Positions 24,601 through 36,073 of a DNA stretch of 42,614 nt are shown in pieces. The notes beneath the pieces are model-generated. The model worked only from the letters and a program-made list of their open reading frames with translations. It searched no databases and was not told the DNA's origin. The stretch's first letter is position 1. Each line of letters begins with the position of its first letter. Where the stretch lies: positions 1 to 42,614 of the forward strand of contig JAUCBJ010003097.1 in assembly GCA_032718475.1 (NCBI GenBank), in the 5' to 3' direction. This stretch comes from Nemertoderma westbladi (lineage: Eukaryota > Animalia > Xenacoelomorpha). The translations under genes and the position numbers were made by a program.

Positions 24601-27600
24601 TTTGTCCCATTCGGACCTTCTTTGTTCCATTCGGACCTTCTTTGTCCCATTCGGACCTTCTTTGTTCCATTCGAATCTTCTTTGTCCCATTCGGACCTTC
24701 TTTGTCCCATTCGGACCTTCTTTGTTCCATTCGGACCTTCTTTGTTCCATTCGAATCTTCTTTGTCCCATTCGGACCTTCTTAGTCCCATTCGGACCTCC
24801 TTTGTCCCATTCGGACCTTCTTTGTTCCATTCGGACCTTCTTTGTCCCATTCGGACCTTCTTTGTTCCATTCGAATCTTCTTTGTCCCATTCGGACCTTC
24901 TTTGTCCCATTCGGACCTTCTTTGTTCCATTCGGACCTTCTTTGTTCCATTCGAATCTTCTTTGTCCCATTCGGACATTCTTTGTTCCATTCGGACCTTC
25001 TTTGTTCCATTCGAATCTTCTTAGTCCCATTCGGACCTCCTTTGTCCCATTCGGACATTCTTTGTTCCATTCGAATCTTCTTTGTCCCATTCGGACCTTC
25101 TTTGTCCCATTCGGACCTTCTTTGTTCCATTCGGACCTTCTTTGTTCCATTCGAATCTTCTTTGTCCCATTCGGACATTCTTTGTTCCATTCGGACCTTC
25201 TTTGTTCCATTCGAATCTTCTTAGTCCCATTCGGACCTCCTTTGTCCCATTCGGACATTCTTTGTTCCATTCGGACCTTCTTAGTCCCATTCGGACCTTC
25301 TTTGTTCCATTCGAATCTTCTTTGTCCCATTCGGACATTCTTTGTTCCATTCGGACCTTCTTTGTTCCATTCGGACCTTCTTTGTCCCATTCGGACCTTC
25401 TTTGTTCCATTCGAATCTTCTTTGTCCCATTCGGACATTCTTTGTTCCATTCGGACCTTCTTTGTTCCATTCGGACCTTCTTTGTTCCATTCGGACCTTC
25501 TTTGTTCCATTCGAATCTTCTTTGTCCCATTCGGACCTTCTTTGTCCCATTCGGACCTTCTTTGTCCCATTCGGACATTCTTTGTTCCATTCGGACCTTC
25601 TTAGTCCCATTCGGACCTCCTTTGTCCCATTCGGACATTCTTTGTTCCATTCGAATCTTCTTTGTCCCATTCGGACCTTCTTTGTCCCATTCGGACCTTC
25701 TTTGTCCCATTCGGACATTCTTTGTTCCATTCGGACCTTCTTAGTCCCATTCGGACCTCCTTTGTCCCATTCGGACCTTCTTAGTCCCATTCGGACCTTC
25801 TTTGTCCCATTCGGACCTTCTTTGTCCCATTCGGACCTTCTTAGTCCCATTCGGACCTTCTTTGTCCCATTCGGACCTTCTTAGTCCCATTCGGACCTTC
25901 TTTGTCCCATTCGGACATTCTTAGTCCCATTTGGACCTTCTTTGTCCCATTCGGACCTTCTTTGTCCCATTCGGACCTTCTTTGTCCCATTCGGACATTC
26001 TTTGTTCCATTCGGACCTTCTTTGTTCCATTCGAATCTTCTTTGTCCCATTCGGACCTTCTTTGTCCCATTCGGACCTTCTTTGTCCCATTCGGACCTTC
26101 TTTGTCCCATTCGGACCTTCTTTGTCCCATTCGGACCTTCTTTGTTCCATTCGGACCTTCTTTGTTCCATTCGAATCTTCTTTGTCCCATTCGGACCTTC
26201 TTTGTCCCATTCGGACCTTCTTTGTCCCATTCGGACCTTCTTTGTCCCATTCGGACCTTCTTTGTCCCATTCGGACATTCTTTGTCCCATTCGGACCTTC
26301 TTTGTCCCATTCGGACCTTCTTTGTTCCATTCGGACCTTCTTTGTCCCATTCGGACCTTCTTTGTTCCATTCGAATCTTCTTTGTCCCATTCGGACCTTC
26401 TTTGTCCCATTCGGACCTTCTTTGTTCCATTCGGACCTTCTTTGTTCCATTCGAATCTTCTTTGTCCCATTCGGACCTTCTTAGTCCCATTCGGACCTCC
26501 TTTGTCCCATTCGGACCTTCTTTGTCCCATTCGGACCTTCTTTGTCCCATTCGGACCTTCTTTGTTCCATTCGAATCTTCTTTGTCCCATTCGGACCTTC
26601 TTTGTCCCATTCGGACCTTCTTTGTCCCATTCGGACCTTCTTTGTCCCATTCGGACCTTCTTTGTCCCATTCGGACCTTCTTTGTTCCATTCGGACCTTC
26701 TTTGTTCCATTCGACTTCTTAGTCCCATTCGGACCTCTTTGTCCCATTCGGACATTCTTTGTTCCATTCGAATCTTCTTTGTCCCATTCGGACCTTCTTT
26801 GTCCCATTCGGACCTTCTTTGTCCCATTCGGACCTTCTTTGTTCCATTCGAATCTTCTTTGTCCCATTCGGACCTTCTTTGTTCCATTCGGACCTTCTTT
26901 GTTCCATTCGAACCTTCTTAGTCCCATTCGGACCTTCTTTGTCCCATTCGGACCTTCTTTGTTCCATTCGGACCTTCTTAGTCCCATTCGGACCTTCTTT
27001 GTTCCATTCGAATCTTCTTTGTCCCATTCGGACCTTCTTTGTCCCATTCGGACCTTCTTTGTCCCATTCGGACCTTCTTTGTCCCATTCGGACCTTCTTT
27101 GTTCCATTCGAATCTTCTTTGTCCCATTCGGACCTTCTTTGTTCCATTCGGACCTTCTTTGTCCCATTCGGACCTTCTTTGTCCCATTCGGACCTTCTTT
27201 GTTCCATTCGAATCTTCTTTGTCCCATTCGGACCTTCTTTGTCCCATTCGGACCTTCTTTGTCCCATTCGGACATTCTTTGTTCCATTCGGACCTTCTTA
27301 GTCCCATTCGGACCTTCTTTGTCCCATTCGGACATTCTTTGTTCCATTCGAATCTTCTTTGTCCCATTCGGACCTTCTTTGTCCCATTCGGACCTTCTTT
27401 GTCCCATTCGGACCTTCTTTGTCCCATTCGGACCTTCTTAGTCCCATTCGGACCTCCTTTGTCCCATTCGGACCTTCTTAGTCCCATTCGGACCTTCTTT
27501 GTCCCATTCGGACCTTCTTTGTCCCATTCGGACCTTCTTAGTCCCATTCGGACCTTCTTTGTCCCATTCGGACCTTCTTAGTCCCATTCGGACCTTCTTT

Positions 27601-30600
27601 GTCCCATTCGGACATTCTTAGTCCCATTTGGACCTTCTTTGTTCCATTCGGACCTTCTTAGTCCCATTCGGACCTTCTTTGTTCCATTCGAATCTTCTTT
27701 GTCCCATTCGGACCTTCTTTGTCCCATTCGGACCTTCTTAGTCCCATTCGGACCTTCTTTGTCCCATTCGGACCTTCTTAGTCCCATTCGGACCTTCTTT
27801 GTCCCATTCGGACCTTCTTTGTCCCATTCGAATCTTCTTTGTCCCATTCGGACCTTCTTTGTCCCATTCGGACCTTCTTTGTCCCATTCGGACCTTCTTT
27901 GTCCCATTCGGACCTTCTTAGTCCCATTCGGACCTTCTTTGTCCCATTCGGACCTTCTTTGTTCCATTCGAATCTTCTTTGTCCCATTCGGACCTTCTTT
28001 GTCCCATTCGGACCTTCTTTGTCCCATTCGGACATTCTTTGTTCCATTCGGACCTTCTTAGTCCCATTCGGACCTTCTTTGTCCCATTCGGACCTTCTTA
28101 GTCCCATTCGGACCTTCTTTGTCCCATTCGGACCTTCTTTGTCCCATTCGGACCTTCTTTGTCCCATTCGGACCTTCTTTGTCCCATTCGGACCTTCTTA
28201 GTCCCATTCGGACCTTCTTTGTCCCATTCGGACATTCTTAGTCCCATTTGGACCTTCTTTGTTCCATTCGGACCTTCTTAGTCCCATTCGGACCTTCTTT
28301 GTTCCATTCGAATCTTCTTTGTCCCATTCGGACCTTCTTTGTCCCATTCGGACCTTCTTAGTCCCATTCGGACCTTCTTTGTTCCATTCGAATCTTCTTT
28401 GTCCCATTCGGACCTTCTTTGTCCCATTCGGACCTTCTTTGTCCCATTCGGACCTTCTTTGTCCCATTCGGACCTTCTTAGTCCCATTCGGACCTTCTTT
28501 GTTCCATTCGAATCTTCTTTGTCCCATTCGGACCTTCTTTGTTCCATTCGAATCTTCTTTGTCCCATTCGGACCTTCTTTGTCCCATTCGGACCTTCTTA
28601 GTCCCATTCGGACCTTCTTTGTCCCATTCGGACCTTCTTTGTTCCATTCGAATCTTCTTTGTCCCATTCGGACCTTCTTTGTCCCATTCGGACCTTCTTT
28701 GTCCCATTCGGACCTTCTTTGTTCCATTCGAATCTTCTTTGTCCCATTCGGACCTTCTTTGTCCCATTCGGACCTTCTTTGTCCCATTCGGACCTTCTTT
28801 GTCCCATTCGGACCTTCTTTGTCCCATTCGGACCTTCTTTGTCCCATTCGGACCTTCTTTGTCCCATTCGGACCTTCTTAGTCCCATTCGGACCTTCTTT
28901 GTTCCATTCGGATCTTCTTTGTCCCATTCGGACCTTCTTTGTCCCATTCGGACCTTCTTAGTCCCATTCGGACCTTCTTTGTCCCATTCGGACATTCTTA
29001 GTCCCATTCGGACCTTCTTTGTTCCATTCGGACCTTCTTTGTCCCATTCGGACCTTCTTTGTTCCATTCGAATCTTCTTTGTCCCATTCGGACCTTCTTT
29101 GTCCCATTCGGACCTTCTTTGTCCCATTCGGACCTTCTTAGTCCCATTCGGACCTTCTTTGTTCCATTCGAATCTTCTTTGTCCCATTTGGACCTTCTTT
29201 GTCCCATTCGGACCTTCTTAGTCCCATTCGGACCTTCTTTGTTCCATTCGAATCTTCTTTGTCCCATTCGGACCTTCTTTGTCCCATTCGGACCTTCTTA
29301 GTCCCATTCGGACCTTCTTTGTCCCATTCGGACATTCTTAGTCCCATTCGGACCTTCTTTGTTCCATTCGGACCTTCTTTGTTCCATTCGAATCTTCTTT
29401 GTCCCATTCGGACCTTCTTTGTCCCATTCGGACCTTCTTTGTCCCATTCGGACCTTCTTTGTCCCATTCGGACCTTCTTTGTCCCATTCGGACCTTCTTT
29501 GTCCCATTCGGACCTTCTTTGTTCCATTCGAATCTTCTTTGTCCCATTCGGACCTTCTTTGTCCCATTCGGACCTTCTTTGTCCCATTCGGACCTTCTTT
29601 GTCCCATTCGGACCTTCTTAGTCCCATTCGGACCTTCTTTGTCCCATTCGGACATTCTTAGTCCCATTTGGACCTTCTTTGTCCCATTCGGACATTCTTA
29701 GTCCCATTTGGACCTTCTTTGTTCCATTCGAATCTTCTTTGTCCCATTCGGACCTTCTTTGTCCCATTCGGACCTTCTTTGTTCCATTCGAATCTTCTTT
29801 GTCCCATTCGGACCTTCTTTGTCCCATTCGGACCTTCTTTGTCCCATTCGGACCTTCTTTGTCCCATTCGGACCTTCTTAGTCCCATTCGGACCTTCTTT
29901 GTCCCATTCGGACATTCTTAGTCCCATTTGGACCTTCTTTGTCCCATTCGGACCTTCTTAGTCCCATTCGGACCTTCTTTGTTCCATTCGAATCTTCTTT
30001 GTCCCATTCGGACCTTCTTTGTCCCATTCGGACCTTCTTAGTCCCATTCGGACCTTCTTTGTCCCATTCGGACCTTCTTAGTCCCATTCGGACCTTCTTT
30101 GTTCCATTCGGACCTTCTTTGTTCCATTCGAATCTTCTTTGTCCCATTCGGACCTTCTTTGTCCCATTCGGACCTTCTTTGTCCCATTCGGACCTTCTTT
30201 GTCCCATTCGGACCTTCTTTGTCCCATTCGGACCTTCTTTGTCCCATTCGGACCTTCTTTGTTCCATTCGAATCTTCTTTGTCCCATTCGGACCTTCTTT
30301 GTCCCATTCGGACCTTCTTTGTCCCATTCGGACCTTCTTTGTCCCATTCGGACCTTCTTAGTCCCATTCGGACCTTCTTTGTCCCATTCGGACATTCTTA
30401 GTCCCATTTGGACCTTCTTTGTCCCATTCGGACATTCTTAGTCCCATTTGGACCTTCTTTGTTCCATTCGAATCTTCTTTGTCCCATTCGGACCTTCTTT
30501 GTCCCATTCGGACCTTCTTTGTTCCATTCGAATCTTCTTTGTCCCATTCGGACCTTCTTTGTCCCATTCGGACCTTCTTTGTTCCATTCGAATCTTCTTT

Positions 30601-32480
30601 GTCCCATTCGGACCTTCTTTGTCCCATTCGGACCTTCTTTGTTCCATTCGAATCTTCTTTGTCCCATTCGGACCTTCTTTGTCCCATTCGGACCTTCTTT
30701 GTTCCATTCGAATCTTCTTTGTCCCATTCGGACCTTCTTTGTCCCATTCGGACATTCTTAGTCCCATTTGGACCTTCTTTGTCCCATTCGGACCTTCTTT
30801 GTCCCATTCGGACCTTCTTTGTTCCATTCGGACCTTCTTTGTTCCATTCGAATCTTCTTTGTCCCATTCGGACCTTCTTTGTCCCATTCGGACCTTCTTT
30901 GTTCCATTCGAATCTTCTTTGTCCCATTCGGACATTCTTTGTTCCATTCGGACCTTCTTTGTTCCATTCGAATCTTCTTTGTTCCATTCGGACCTTCTTT
31001 GTTCCATTCGAATCTTCTTTGTCCCATTCGGACCTTCTTTGTCCCATTCGGACCTTCTTTGTCCCATTCGGACCTTCTTTGTCCCATTCGGACCTTCTTT
31101 GTCCCATTCGGACCTTCTTTGTTCCATTCGGACCTTCTTAGTCCCATTTGGACCTTCTTTGTCCCATTCGGACCTTCTTTGTCCCATTCGACCTTCTTTG
31201 TCCCATTCGGACATTCTTTGTTCCATTCGAATCTTCTTTGTCCCATTCGGACCTTCTTTGTCCCATTCGGACCTTCTTTGTCCCATTCGGACCTTCTTTG
31301 TCCCATTCGGACATTCTTTGTTCCATTCGGACCTTCTTTGTTCCATTCGAATCTTCTTTGTCCCATTCGGACCTTCTTTGTCCCATTCGGACCTTCTTTG
31401 TCCCATTCGGACCTTCTTTGTCCCATTCGGACCTTCTTTGTCCCATTCGGACCTTCTTTGTCCCATTCGGACATTCTTTGTTCCATTCGGACCTTCTTTG
31501 TTCCATTCGAATCTTCTTTGTCCCATTCGGACCTTCTTTGTCCCATTCGGACCTTCTTTGTCCCATTCGGACCTTCTTTGTCCCATTCGGACCTTCTTTG
31601 TCCCATTCGGACCTTCTTTGTCCCATTCGGACCTTCTTTGTCCCATTCGGACCTTCTTAGTCCCATTCGGACCTTCTTTGTTCCATTCGGACCTTCTTTG
31701 TTCCATTCGAATCTTCTTTGTCCCATTCGGACCTTCTTTGTCCCATTCGGACCTTCTTTGTCCCATTCGGACCTTCTTTGTCCCATTCGGACCTTCTTTG
31801 TCCCATTCGGACCTTCTTTGTCCCATTCGGACCTTCTTTGTCCCATTCGGACCTTCTTAGTCCCATTCGGACCTCCTTTGTCCCATTCGGACATTCTTTG
31901 TCCCATTCGGACATTCTTTGTTCCATTCGGACCTTCTTTGTTCCATTCGAATCTTCTTTGTCCCATTCGGACATTCTTTGTTCCATTCGAATCTTCTTTG
32001 TCCCATTCGGACCTTCTTTGTCCCATTCGGACCTTCTTTGTCCCATTCGGACCTTCTTTGTCCCATTCGGACCTTCTTTGTCCCATTCGGACCTTCTTTG
32101 TCCCATTCGGACCTTCTTTGTCCCATTCGGACCTTCTTAGTCCCATTCGGACCTTCTTAGTCCCATTCGGACCTTCTTTGTCCCATTCGGACCTTCTTTG
32201 TCCCATTCGGACCTTCTTAGTCCCATTCGGACCTCCTTTGTCCCATTCGGACATTCTTTGTTCCATTCGGACCTTCTTTGTTCCATTCGGACCTTCTTTG
32301 TCCCATTCGGACCTTCTTTGTCCCATTCGGACCTTCTTTGTCCCATTCGGACCTTCTTAGTCCCATTCGGACCTCCTTTGTCCCATTCGGACATTCTTTG
32401 TTCCATTCGGACCTTCTTTGTTCCATTCGGACCTTCTTTGTTCCATTCGAATCTTCTTTGTCCCATTCCGACCTTTGTCC
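15697..32480. repeat. Intronic satellite: ~840 copies of the 20-bp unit CCCATTCGGACCTTCTTTGT
   Basis: Directly visible, with a small set of recurrent variants (GTTCCATTCGAATC, TTAG, GGACA, CCTCC, CATTTGG). Copy number is estimated as length/20. Confidence 0.99.
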
Positions 32481-33531
32481 CATTTGGACCTACTTACCAT
32501 ATTCGGACCATGTCCCAATCGGATCTTTTACCCATTTGGACCTCTGTCCTATTCGGTCCTTTGTCACATGGAAATATGTCCAATTCGGACCTTCTTCTCA
32601 TTCGGATCTTTGCCCCATTCTGACCTTTATCCCATTCGGACCTACAGTATGTCCCTTTTGGACCTTCGTCTAATTCGGACTTTCGTCCCATTCGGACATT
32701 CTTCCCATTCGAACCTTTGTCCAATTCTAATCTATGTCCCATTCGGACCTTTACCTGATTCGGACATGTGTCCCATTCGGACATGTGTCCCATTCGGACC
32801 TTTGTTCCATTCGGATCATTTTCCCATTCGAACCTTTGTCCCATTCGGACATGTGTCCCTTTCGGACCTTCTTCCCGTTTGGACCCTCATCACATTCGGA
32901 CATGTGTCCCATTCTGACCTTTTTCCCATTCGTACCTTAATTATTTGTCCGATTCTGTCCTTCTTTCTCCCATTCGGATCTTCTTTGTCCCATTCGGACC
33001 TTTGTCCCATTTGGACTTTCTTACCATTCGGAACATGTCTCATTCGGACATTTTTTCCCATTTGGACCTCTGTCTCATTCGGTGTTCTGTCCTATTCGGT
33101 CGTTTGCCCAATTTGGAAATATGTCCAATTCCGACCTTCTTCCCATTCGGATCTTTTTCCCATTATAACCTTTGTCCCATTCTGACCTAGTATGTCCCAA
33201 TCGGCTCTCGGGGCAAATTCCCACTCGGACCTTCGTCACATTCGGTCTTTCGTCCCTTTCAGATATTCTTCCCATTCGGACCTTTGTCCCATTCGGACAT
33301 CCCATTCGGACCTTATTCCCATTCGGACATTTTTTCCCATTCTGACCTTTGTCCCATTCGGATCTTTATCCCATTCGGACCGTTTCCCCATTCGAACCTT
33401 TGTTCTATTCTGACCTAGTATGTCCCTTTCGGACTTTCGTCACATTCGGTCATTTCGTCCCATTCAGACCTTCTTCCCATTCGGACCTTTGTCCCATTCG
33501 GAAATGTGTCCTATTCGGACATGTGTCCCAT
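32481..33531. repeat. Degenerate 17-20-bp relatives of the satellite unit (CCCATTCGGACCTTTGT), probable ancestral array
   Basis: Same CCCATTCGGAC core with heavy divergence. A block at ~32530-32710 is repeated at ~33057-33290. Confidence 0.9.
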
Positions 33532-33623
33532 TTTAACGTCATGTAATGCTATACAGTAGAACCTAAAGTACGGTACTTTAAGCATCACCTACGAAATCTA
33601 TCTCGAATAATAGTTAAACTTAC

Positions 33624-33828
33624 TTATAACGTAGCCAATAATATATAAAAGTATACCAAATTGTATCAATCTGTTAAATACACCCAATTTGATACTCTGA
33701 ATTGTAACAATCCTCGGTGTATCGTATTCCAAGAGGTTACCGACCATGAAGTTAAACAATTTGTTGGATAATTCTCCAATATTCATTGCGGCATCCCTTG
33801 GATTTTCGATAACATTATTACCATTCAT
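33624..33828 (-). CDS. P2X: P2X-like receptor coding exon 1 (N-terminus and TM1); alternative ATG at 33786
   Basis: LEYDTPRIVTIQSIKLGVFNRLIQFGILLYIIGYVI matches the P2X YxTxK/R motif and TM1. The donor gtaagt at 33623 (phase 1) joins exon 2 in frame. Confidence 0.95.
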
Positions 33829-35009
33829 TGCTGCAGTTTCGTAAAAGTTGTAACTCACATTTTCATATTTTGAACGGTCGATGACACGTAAATAGTAGAT
33901 GGAGTTACCACTAAACTAATTATTCATAATTGAGTTAATTTTAATTTTCATTCCATAACATTACATAAAAAGTAAATAATTCAAACTTATGTAATTATGC
34001 TACCTTACGTTACTGTAGTACGAAATGAGAATTAATTACAACTATTGTACAGTAGTTTAATAATTAAAGAGTTACATTTAAATAGATTTAACACATATTT
34101 ATTTTATTCGTCTGTTTCTCCTTTGCAAATTCATTAGAAAACTAATGCAATAGTTATAGTGTAATTGTGCCGGAGAGTGGGGCTACCTCACATGGATATT
34201 TAACATTAAAATATGATCTCCCATAAGTTAGGTGGTACTGTAAATGCAGTAGAAGCAGTGAGGATATGTACCAGATGTATCGCAATCCCATACATTTATT
34301 TCTTCTTTATTATTGATTTTAATGCTCACAGGATTAAAGAAGATTAATTTACTTATTGTTATTGAACACTGCTGATCACACTATTCACTTGAACTACTTA
34401 GAGGAATTTTGCTTATCTCAATTAATTTGTACCTTGTGTCATGGGGGGGGGGGGGGGGGGATGGGGGGGTGTTAAACCTGTTTCAAGTCTCGTCACAATT
34501 TTGATAAAACATAATTATCATATCATGTTATGGTTTAGACTGTATACATTCAGTAGTGATGCGAACATCTGTGCAGAATATAGCATTTGTGGAATTATTG
34601 TATAACTCGCTTCATATGAAGTGACATCCGACTGGAATTTAAATACTAAAGGTTAGTATTAATCCACATAGGGGAGGGGGGGGGGGGGGGGGGGTGACTG
34701 GACGTAATAAAAATTCATCCCCCTCCAGGGGAAATTGGACGCAAATAATAGCTAATTACTCTCAAAAATAAAAATGTTACCTGTTCTATTGTGTTTAGTT
34801 TATTGTTTTGGTTAAAATAACGTGCCACTGTAACCTGCTCCTTTCCCTAAATTGGGAATTTAACATTGAGGCGGGATATTAATTCACCAAGGCGGGTTTT
34901 GCGTCGAGTTTCCCCCTTGTCTCTATTAATCAGTACAGCTAGCATTACTGACACTGGGCAGCATGTATAGCATAAACCAGGACAACAAGCGAATCAACTA
35001 CTGTACAGT

Positions 35010-35372
35010 ATGACTGACTGGGAGGAACTCAGAACTGACAATGCAGTAAAGGATGCTTACAAAATAGAACTTCAAAACCGCTTTTGAGTACGAAGTCAAT
35101 GGATAAAGACCAGTCAACCGATTCAATATACCAGAATATAATAAAAACCCATGCACAAGGAATTAGCCAATAGGAATATTCCCTAGAATAAAGTGGAGAG
35201 GGCTTCTAAAGAGGTTGGATTACATATAAATACTACTCCAGAATTCATCACTTTTAATGTTGATGGAAACTTGACCATAATTGATAAAAATCAACTAAGG
35301 AAGGTATGCGAGCCACAGTGGAAAGTGTACTTCTATACGAGCGTGAGACCTAGACACTGACGAAATCATTTA
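35010..35372 (+). pseudogene. Internally deleted RTE-like LINE relic
   Basis: Three short translated blocks in colinear order: DWEELRTDNAVKDAYKIELQNRF, ASKEVGLHIN, and RATVESVLLYERET*TLT (cf. RTE-type ...VLLYGCETWTL). Confidence 0.65.
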
Positions 35373-35379
35373 AACAAAA

Positions 35380-35474
35380 CATTGTATCAGTATCGGTCCG
35401 GGTCCCATTGTATCAGTATCGGTCCGGGTCCCATTGTATCAGTATCGGTCCGGGTCCCATTGTATTAGTATCGG
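35380..35474. repeat. 26-bp minisatellite CATTGTATCAGTATCGGTCCGGGTCC x3.6, cut by the retroelement terminus
   Basis: Units start at 35380, 35406, 35432 and 35458. The fourth ends at the TGTAAAAG junction. Confidence 0.95.
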
Positions 35475-36073
35475 TGTAAAAGCCTTTGCTGAATTGCCCC
35501 GTTATTTTTATTATCTTTTACATTAAAATACTCTGTAGTTGATTTAATAAGTGTAAGAGACCGTATTATTGCTGTATCGGTGTTTTTAGAGGATCTAAGA
35601 CCTATTTCCTCCGTATGTGTACTGTGAAAGGCATATTTTATGATTCTATGGCAATTCGTGACGCAAAGGGGTGATAGCTACTCTTGAACAGTAGTTACTA
35701 TGACTACGGTTAACAGCTGACATTCATACGTGTTGATTTCCTTTGTTCTACGGCGTCTCTCAGTTCAGTCAGCCAATGAGAGCGTTTTTGTGGCTCCTTG
35801 TACAGAAAATTTCCGAGAAATGACGCAATGCCTATGTGCAGTGTTTACATTCAGTCTTGAGCCAAAGAAAGAACGGCTTGGAAGTATTTTGTGCTTTACT
35901 GTTTTTTAGTCGTACACTAGTAGGTTTAATTATAAAGGGCATATATCCTTTAACTACATAACGACTACTGATGACTGATCATACATACTGACTGCTGAAA
36001 CATTGTAAACTCATAACTATCAGTGTTTTCATTGTTGTTTTATACTGCTATTTACTGTCAGTTCTTCATAATA

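Noticed and set aside
15697-32480. CRISPR array
   Set aside because: The repeats are head-to-tail with no unique spacers, there are no cas genes, and the context is eukaryotic with spliced exons.
15569-33546. Giant ORFs (up to 2394 aa) in all six frames
   Set aside because: The 20-bp unit has no stop codon on either strand, and 20 is not a multiple of 3, so every frame gives the same 20-aa cycle. ORF ends simply follow the TTAG variant. The region is an intron.
35380-35474. CRISPR-like 26-bp repeats
   Set aside because: Contiguous tandem units without spacers; this is a minisatellite.
3053-35475. One giant TIR transposon carrying the P2X exons
   Set aside because: The TG termini face the gene and homology extends outward, with the ORF outside the interval. 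This is two separate inverted insertions, not the TIRs of one element.
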